The position numbers and the translations under genes were made by a program. This document shows positions 51,800-64,000 of a stretch of 64,000 nucleotides of DNA, one piece after another. Origin of the DNA: Chrysomallon squamiferum (taxonomy: Eukaryota; Animalia; Mollusca); contig CM022675.1 in NCBI GenBank assembly GCA_012295275.1, positions 8,246,001 through 8,310,000 of the forward strand, read 5' to 3'. Within the stretch, counting starts at the first letter, position 1, and each line of letters opens with the position of its first letter. Under the pieces are notes generated by a model. That model ran no database searches and had not been told where the DNA came from. It saw nothing but the letters and a program-made list of their open reading frames with translations.

Positions 51800-54700
51800 T
51801 TAATTCCTCCTTCTCATCTCTATGTCTTTTGCTACGTTTTCCCCTTCTACTTCTTTTGTCTGGAAATACTTCGATGTCCTTCTGTCTACTTCTGTCTCTA
51901 GCCCTCAACCTTCCTCCTGCTATCAAACATGTTTCACTGAAAAACAAAAAAAAAATCTTTTGCTATTTCAGTAGATGCAGCCGTTTGTTCCTGCCCTTAC
52001 ACTTTCGAAAACGGTTGTACCTATCTAATGACAAATACTGACTGCCCTTATCTTATCTGTAAAGATAAAGCTGGTCCGGGCAAAGATTGTTGTGGTTCCT
52101 GTTTCCATGGTGACAGTCTTGTTGAACTCGAAAACGGCTCGGCAATAAAAATGAAACATCTGACTGTAGGTCGAAAGGTTCTAACAGGTAAATTATTATA
52201 ATTATTAATTTTGTGATTAACTATTAAAGTTAATTGTAAAGTCGCTGTGTAACCCTTGATTAAGTAACAAACACTGGTTGTCAGTGTATGGGTCAGAGAA
52301 ACACCAGAAAAAAAAAAAAAAAAATAATAAAAATTAAAAAAAAAACATTGGCAAAACTAACCGACATCGCGAAATGATAAATACCAAATCTCAGGAGTCA
52401 GAGGGAATTCGAAAAGTCCAAATGCAGGAACCAATAACAAAATTCACTACATGTTGACAATGAAGTCAAACACAGTTACAGATGTTACATTCTTTAACGA
52501 ATTCATCACTGGAAATGACCGCAGATTTGTAATGAACAAAATCAAGGTGAAGAAGACCAGGAAAGATACAAATAGTTAAATGAAGAAGAAACTACCAAAA
52601 TAGGATCAAAGAAAATTTAAATAAACAGTTTTCCACAGAATCCTTTCGACACAATGCAAAATTGATATTCTTTGTCAAAATTTCGCAGGCATCATCCAAA
52701 AAAGAACTCAACAAACACAGCCACGAAAGAATAATCAAAGATATCGTTACCCAAACCTGGCTTTGTGAAGAAACGACAAGCCATGGTAGGATATGAAACA
52801 AAAAATAAACAATAGAACATGAGAACATTAGAAAATTATACCACGAGATCATACCATTATCGATTACAGCATGAAAGAATCTGAGTAAAGTTTGAATATG
52901 CTATACCCACTGGCTATCACAGAATACATTGCAAGGTAGAGAGAGAGTTGTAATATTTATGTGTGATTAGAAAGACGTTACACTGAATGAAATCTTCTGG
53001 AAATTGGTAATGATTATTTAGTCTCCATTAAATTTTTCTCTTTTTCAGGTTTTTCCGTTATTGCTGCTATTATTATTTTTGTGTGAGTATAAAACTGTTT
53101 CGTTAGTTGATAATATGCCATCTGGCCGAAGGACAATGCTAATGTCATGACACAGCTTTTATCAAATAATAGAAAATGTTACACACCTCCCGAATAAGTA
53201 ACAAACACTGATTATATGCTAAACTCAAAGGAAAGACACAACATCCACATAATTCATATCTCGCAAAACAAATTTAAAACAAACTAAAAACCTACATTTC
53301 TCCAAGAGACAGGAAAGAAATTAAAACATGTCCCATTCTGCATCTTTATTGCTATTTTTTGTATCGACACAGTCCAGTCGGAAAATGAACACGATTTCAC
53401 AGAAGAAGTTCAGACATGGATCAAAACGACAGATCACTTTTTTTGTATAAACCTCGGCATGTCTGAGAAAAATAAACGGCATTATTTTATTTTTTGTTTT
53501 TTCACAGGTTTCACAACAGACGCATATTTTCATTTTTTCTCTGAATAATGAAGTGAATTCGGGAATTTCTATCCATTAGGTTTTAATATCTGATATGAAC
53601 ATTTTTGTTTCTTTGCAGACAAATTAGGTGTATTTCAGAAGTTAAAATGAAACATTAACCCACTGGGTCGCTCTTTATAACTGATTATTATTTTATTAAC
53701 CCAAACTGCCCCATGGTACTTTGGTTGACACCGATCTGAAAACACACACTAAGGATTCGTGAGGTTCAAACCAAGAAAAGACAATGTTTTCTTCCCTCTA
53801 TCATTTGTTTTCTAAATTACACTTCTCGACTTAGTTTTCACAAATGTCCCACAGATATTTTTTTGATCAGTGGCAAGTAGAACTCATATGAACGTCCGAT
53901 GTCCATATTTAAACAGCTAAATGTAAACAAACGTGAACGATTAACTTTTGTCAAATAATATCTGATGTCCAATGTGGTTTATGAAACAGATTTTGTTTCC
54001 ACTTGAAACAGATTTTGTTTACTTGCTACAAATTCTGAGTATGTTTCAGAAACTTACTTCTTTGAATTTTAGAATAAGTATAGATACTCCTTTCTTGTTC
54101 GCTGATAGGCTCTACGTACTGGTGTTTTTAAAACTTAACTCTTCCTAACCTGTTCATCATTTAGTGAATAGTTCGCTTGAACTGCTTTAGATTTCACGAG
54201 AAATCATTTGGCCACTTTAATTCTTTTGCGACTGTCTCCATTTTCTACTCTATGCTGATGATACAATACTGTTAGCAGTATCACCGGATGATTTACAACA
54301 TAATATTAATATTTTTGTCAATTACAGCCCACTAAGGACGGTTAAAGTCAATAGAAAGAAAACTAAAATAACGATTTTCAATAAAGGACTATATATTTCA
54401 ATTTGGTAGACAGATTATAAATATAGTAATGTTTGATAATGTTACATGGTTACATGATCAGTATCTACAAATATGGAAAAGTAAAATGGAAACATTTCGA
54501 AAGGCTATTAATTACGAAGGTTTTCAAAAACGAATTGAAATTAGAAAATTATTTATCTGTATTGTCACAAAGGAACGGTAATGTCTTATATAAATTCAGA
54601 AACTCGAATATTAGACTTCCTACTGAAAATGGACAATGGTTTAGAAGACTGATAGAAAATAGAAAATGTCATATTTGTAATCTTGTCAAAATGAATATCA

Positions 54701-55098
54701 TTATGTATTTGAATGTACTGATCCTATGTTATTAAATGCGAGAAAAGGTAGACCAGATACATACAAGAGACATCCAAATATATCTGGATATAATAAATTG
54801 TTTAGTAGGAAATACATGTTTATATTTTAAAAGTTATGTTTATTAAGAGGAATTATATGTGAGAGAATCTGTCCTCAACGTTAAACTCCTACGAATTAAT
54901 TTTTATTTTGTTATTATTTATCTTTAATACATTCTTATCTGTACTGTCATCCTACGGTTTATGAGAATAAAGTCACTGTCATTGTCCATCAACATTTTAT
55001 GGTCACCATCATATATCCAGGTTTCTGATTCTTTACAAAGCGTTTAGTTTACATTACTGAAATTAATGTTGCTAATCTAGTTGTCGCCATCGTAATCA

Positions 55099-55178
<80 letters not shown>

Positions 55179-55744
55179 TTGTTCCTAAATTTGTACTTGT
55201 TTTAATTACTGACATTCTTTCAGTTCAAAATGGAAAACGGAAATTTACTGAAGTAAAAACTTTCATGAAACGAATACCTCTGACCAATGTCACCCATCGA
55301 ACATTTACGACAGAAAAGGGAAATGACTTTTCTGTTACAGAGGATCATCTGATATTTATGTCCAACAACAACAAAACTGCTGATATGAGAGCTGAGTGAG
55401 TATTTTATTTTCCTAGCCTGTGTGGTTGTCATTCTCAAATAACGTTCAAGAAATAAACTTACTGTTTTGTCTCTTCACTTTCATTTTATCACATTGTTCT
55501 AAAACAACAGATAAACTAACATATATAACTAATACCTCCTAGTCTATTATACCAACCCAGATATATATATATATATATATATACATACGATAATACCGAT
55601 AAAATGAAGTTAATTGATACATATTTTTTCACACTAAGGTATGCGATGTTTGTAAAACGAGGTGATTATATTTTCTCCACACTGTCGTGTCCAAGTGGTC
55701 TTTGTCCAGAGCGAGTTGTTGATATTTCCTTTTCAGAAAAACCA

Positions 55745-55785
<41 letters not shown>

Positions 55786-56215
55786 TAATAACAATAACAA
55801 TAACAATGTAGTACTAGTAGTAGATGTAGTAACAGCAGCAATTTTAATAATAATAGAAAAAATTATAGTAATAATAAAAATGGAATTGATAACATTATTG
55901 ACAATAATATTAACACAAATGGAAATAATCATTAATTCCAGTGAGTTTTATATGGTAAAATAAAATATTTAATATTTTGTTCCAGGTTTGTACGCACCAC
56001 TCACTGATACAGGAACTCTTGTTGTGGATGGAGTCTTAGCTTCCAATTACGTTTACTTTGATCACGAATTGGCACATTACTCTATGATTCTGTTCCGGTG
56101 GTTTCCTTGGTTACTGAGACCGTGGGAACAAGACGGATGGAGTCCCATTTTCAAATTCTTGATCTCCATCTCTGAAACGGTATTACCTTTCAGTGTGTTC
56201 CCAGAACATACCTAA
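50962..56215 (+). CDS. Secreted precursor, 257 aa: signal peptide + Cys-rich defensin/toxin-like peptide + Hedgehog-type Hog (Hint + SRR-like) autoprocessing domain (copy 2, complete)
   Basis: Exons 50962-51010, 51972-52187, 55224-55395, 55639-55745, 55986-56215 are all GT-AG and join into a 774-nt open frame. Hint motifs: GS|[32 protein letters not shown] (TxxH), [32 protein letters not shown]. These are followed by [13 protein letters not shown]...[10 protein letters not shown], like the Hedgehog sterol-recognition region. Confidence 0.88.
54240..54990 (+). mobile_element. Degenerate 3' fragment of a non-LTR retrotransposon (LINE) in intron 2
   Basis: [18 protein letters not shown]...[13 protein letters not shown] (RT YADD at 54251-54262), then [18 protein letters not shown]...[16 protein letters not shown] (C-terminal Cys/His motif, frameshifted), and AATAAA with a short repeat tail at ~54967. 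Confidence 0.85.
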
Positions 56216-56871
56216 CAGATTTTTCTCCTTATGTATTATTTATTTATTTATTTATTGTTTCCCGATTTCTTTGTGTTGCGAATAATTACTGAAGATAATA
56301 AAAAGAACTAAACGCTGATATTTATGACTTTCTATGACTTTTAATAATTAGTTAAATGAAGATACTGAAATCACGGAAAGATAACGGATGCAATCCTATA
56401 AGGAACTATATTCATTTTGCATTTATCTGATTTGGTGCTTTTTTGTTTTACAATAATATTAATAATAATAAGAAGAAGAAGAAGAAGAAGAAGAAGAACA
56501 ACAACAACAACAACAACAAAAAGAAGAAGAAAGTAGAAAATGATGATGAATTACAATTGAAATCATATTATAAATCGATGAATTTTGTCAGTTTCATATT
56601 TGAAGGTAGAATGTAACAGATTAATAAAAATAAAAACAAACAACATGGACATAATGCAGATCAAGATCTAAATTGAAATTTGTTTCATATCAAACTCTAT
56701 TTTTTGCTATTTCTAGTAACTTTTGTTCTTGATTATGGCCGCTGTTTCTTCAATTCCCATCGTTTATAAGCTCGTTTCAGATAAGTTTTTGACATGACTT
56801 TTACGTAATAGTCTGAATTTAATTCCAGTGAGTTTCATATAATGAAATAAAATATTAAATATTTCTCACAG

Positions 56872-57209
56872 GGCTGTACGTACCACTCACTGATTCAGGA
56901 ACTCTTATTGTGGATGGAGTCTTAGCTTCGAATTACGTTTACTTTGATCACGAATTGGCACATTATTTGATGATTCCATTCCGGTGGTTTCCTTGGTTAC
57001 TGAGACCGTGGGAACAAGACGGATGGCGTCCCATTTTAAAATTCTTGGCGTCCTTATCTGAAACGTTAGAATCTTTCATTCATTCTCTTCCCAAAACGTT
57101 CCTAACGGATTTTTTCCATTATTTATTTATATTTTTATTTATTTATCTTGTGTTGTTTCCCGATTTGTTTCTGTTGCGAATAATTATTGAAAGTAATAAA
57201 AATAACTAA
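56872..57209 (+). CDS. Duplicated terminal Hog exon (5b): alternative last exon or orphan exon
   Basis: Acceptor ctcacag|gg in the same phase as exon 5. Encodes [42 protein letters not shown]..., with a frame change near the end that extends it by a hydrophobic tail. Confidence 0.6.
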
Positions 57210-57383
57210 TCTCAGATATTTACGGCTTTTAATAATTAGTTAAATGAAGATACTGAAATCTTTATATGTATATTTCACTCAATCGCACTATTTGTAAATT
57301 ATTATCGATGTTTTAAGATTCTCCGAATATATAAGTTTGCAAGGTAATATATGTTTCCTATATAATTAATTATATATAGATGT

Positions 57384-57424
<41 letters not shown>

Positions 57425-58390
57425 ATAACCAGAAGTCTGCTGATAACTCATTTGTCAAACTATGATAACTTATCACTCACTACCTGCACCAATGGAGTTT
57501 TTGTTGTTATAAGTCATATGTAATATAAATGTTCGTATAAGCACAATCAAATAGTATTCTATGCTTAACACGGTTTGATAATAAGATGGTTTATTAAAAT
57601 TCATTCAGATCTTTTGACACCTCTTAATTTTGACTGAATGAGTACCGCATGAAACCGTCTACTTGTGTTTGTTTTGCTAGGTTTTTATGAAAGGATTTCT
57701 TGGCTTAGCAATCTAGAAATGGATAGTTTTGTTTTCTTCGTCTTCAACTTGAAAATTATTACATTGATCTTAAGAATAGTTGAACTGTTCTGCGAGACAG
57801 TAAAGAAAAACGTCAAAGGACTTGTTGATAAATCCTCAGAGTGTTCATTATGAACAGAACCAAGGACAATAAATAAATAAATGAAATGAAATGGAAATGA
57901 AAGTCAACAGAATTCATGCGGTATTTTTATTTTCGATAATCAGGAATTTTTCATTTTACATACTTATTTATTTAAAAAGTTAATAATTGAAGTTGCAAGT
58001 GATATTTAACAAAACAAATTAATTGTTATGTTTCAAGGATTTAAGATAGAAGGTTTGTACTAAAAAGAACATAGTATGTACTTAAATGTCACACATGAAA
58101 AACGAATCGAAGTAAAAAGGATAACAAAGAATAAAAAAAAATAAGATTCTGTGATGCAGGTGCTGACAAGTTATCGTGTTTACACAAATGACACAAGTTA
58201 CTAGAAATAGTAAAACACAGAGTTTGATATGAAAGAAATATCTGCATTATGTCCATGTTGTTTGTTTTTATATTTATTAATCTACCTTCAAATATGAAAC
58301 TGACAAAATTCATCGATTTATAATTTGCTTTCAATTGTAAATCATCATCATTTTCTTTCTTCTTCTTCTTCTTCTTCTTCTCATTATTAC

Positions 58391-63595
<5,205 letters not shown>

Positions 63596-63675
63596 TTATA
63601 TTTTTCACGTATATTTTTCATACTGTTTCTCTGAATAATGTCCCTGCGTTTGCGAATTTCTATCCATTAATTTAG

Positions 63676-63810
63676 TTTTCACTAAACCTATGCCCGTATC
63701 ATTATCCTGCTGTGCTCCGTGTTGTTTCCATTGTGACAGTAATCCTATTCTCGACGAAGGTTCAGAAGTAAAAATGAAACATCTAACTGTGGGTCAGAAG
63801 GTTCTCACAG
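63676..63810 (+). CDS. Candidate alternative exon 2b: different short peptide fused to the Hint N-terminus
   Basis: tttag|...ctcacag|gttagt; 135 nt, phase 1-1, open: VFTKPMPVSLSCCAPC|[29 protein letters not shown]. The acceptor is weak. Confidence 0.5.
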
Positions 63811-64000
63811 GTTAGTTATTGCTGCTATTATTATTTTTGATGTATAGTCACTGAAGTTAATGCTAACGTCATGACACAGCTATCAAATAAGAACCACACT
63901 ACGAGTATTAGTCAGATTATATGCTAAACTCAAGAAAGGAAAGTAGCGACACATTGGTACAATATACACATGTGGTAAAACAAACTAAATTACTCTTGTC

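Noticed and set aside
51496-52041. 181-aa ORF (and relatives at 47889-48305, 62875-63339) as genes
   Set aside because: They lie in intron 1 of the peptide-Hog copies and run through CT/GA repeats. They recur only because the intron is duplicated.
50962-56215. Calling this hedgehog (hh) or an intein
   Set aside because: There is no Hedge N-terminal domain (no CGPG start, only ~40 aa of cargo). It also lacks the intein His-Asn-Cys/Ser/Thr end and host exteins.

Overview
AT-rich, microsatellite-dense genomic DNA from an invertebrate animal. The genes are spliced, so most ORF-track entries are translated simple repeats. Main contents: (1) A 47-61 aa single-pass membrane microprotein gene at ~7.7-8.8 kb ending in the PDZ-ligand-like TTLV. 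(2) Two tandem 4-coding-exon carboxylesterase/cholinesterase-fold type I membrane protein genes (25.4-34.4 kb and 40.8-43.9 kb). Both lack the nucleophilic Ser and end in [S/T]-x-M, so they look like neuroligin-type non-catalytic surface proteins. Together they carry five single-base frameshifts, four of them a missing A in an A-run (probably assembly errors). (3) A rearranged cluster from ~46.4 kb to the window end of a secreted gene: signal peptide + ~40-aa six-Cys peptide (C-x-C-x16-C-x4-C-x9-CC, resembling defensin-fold sea-anemone toxins) + Hedgehog-type Hog (Hint + SRR-like) autoprocessing domain. One copy is complete (50962-56215, 257 aa); there are three partial copies in head-to-head pairs, an alternative cargo exon, a duplicated last exon and decayed remnants. 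This peptide-Hog fusion, which has altered Hint catalytic residues, is the best candidate for an undescribed system. Also present: Tigger/pogo and LINE remnants, a 22-bp minisatellite and a 70-bp perfect palindrome. All gene models were built by hand from GT-AG sites and paralog comparison; no database search was run.
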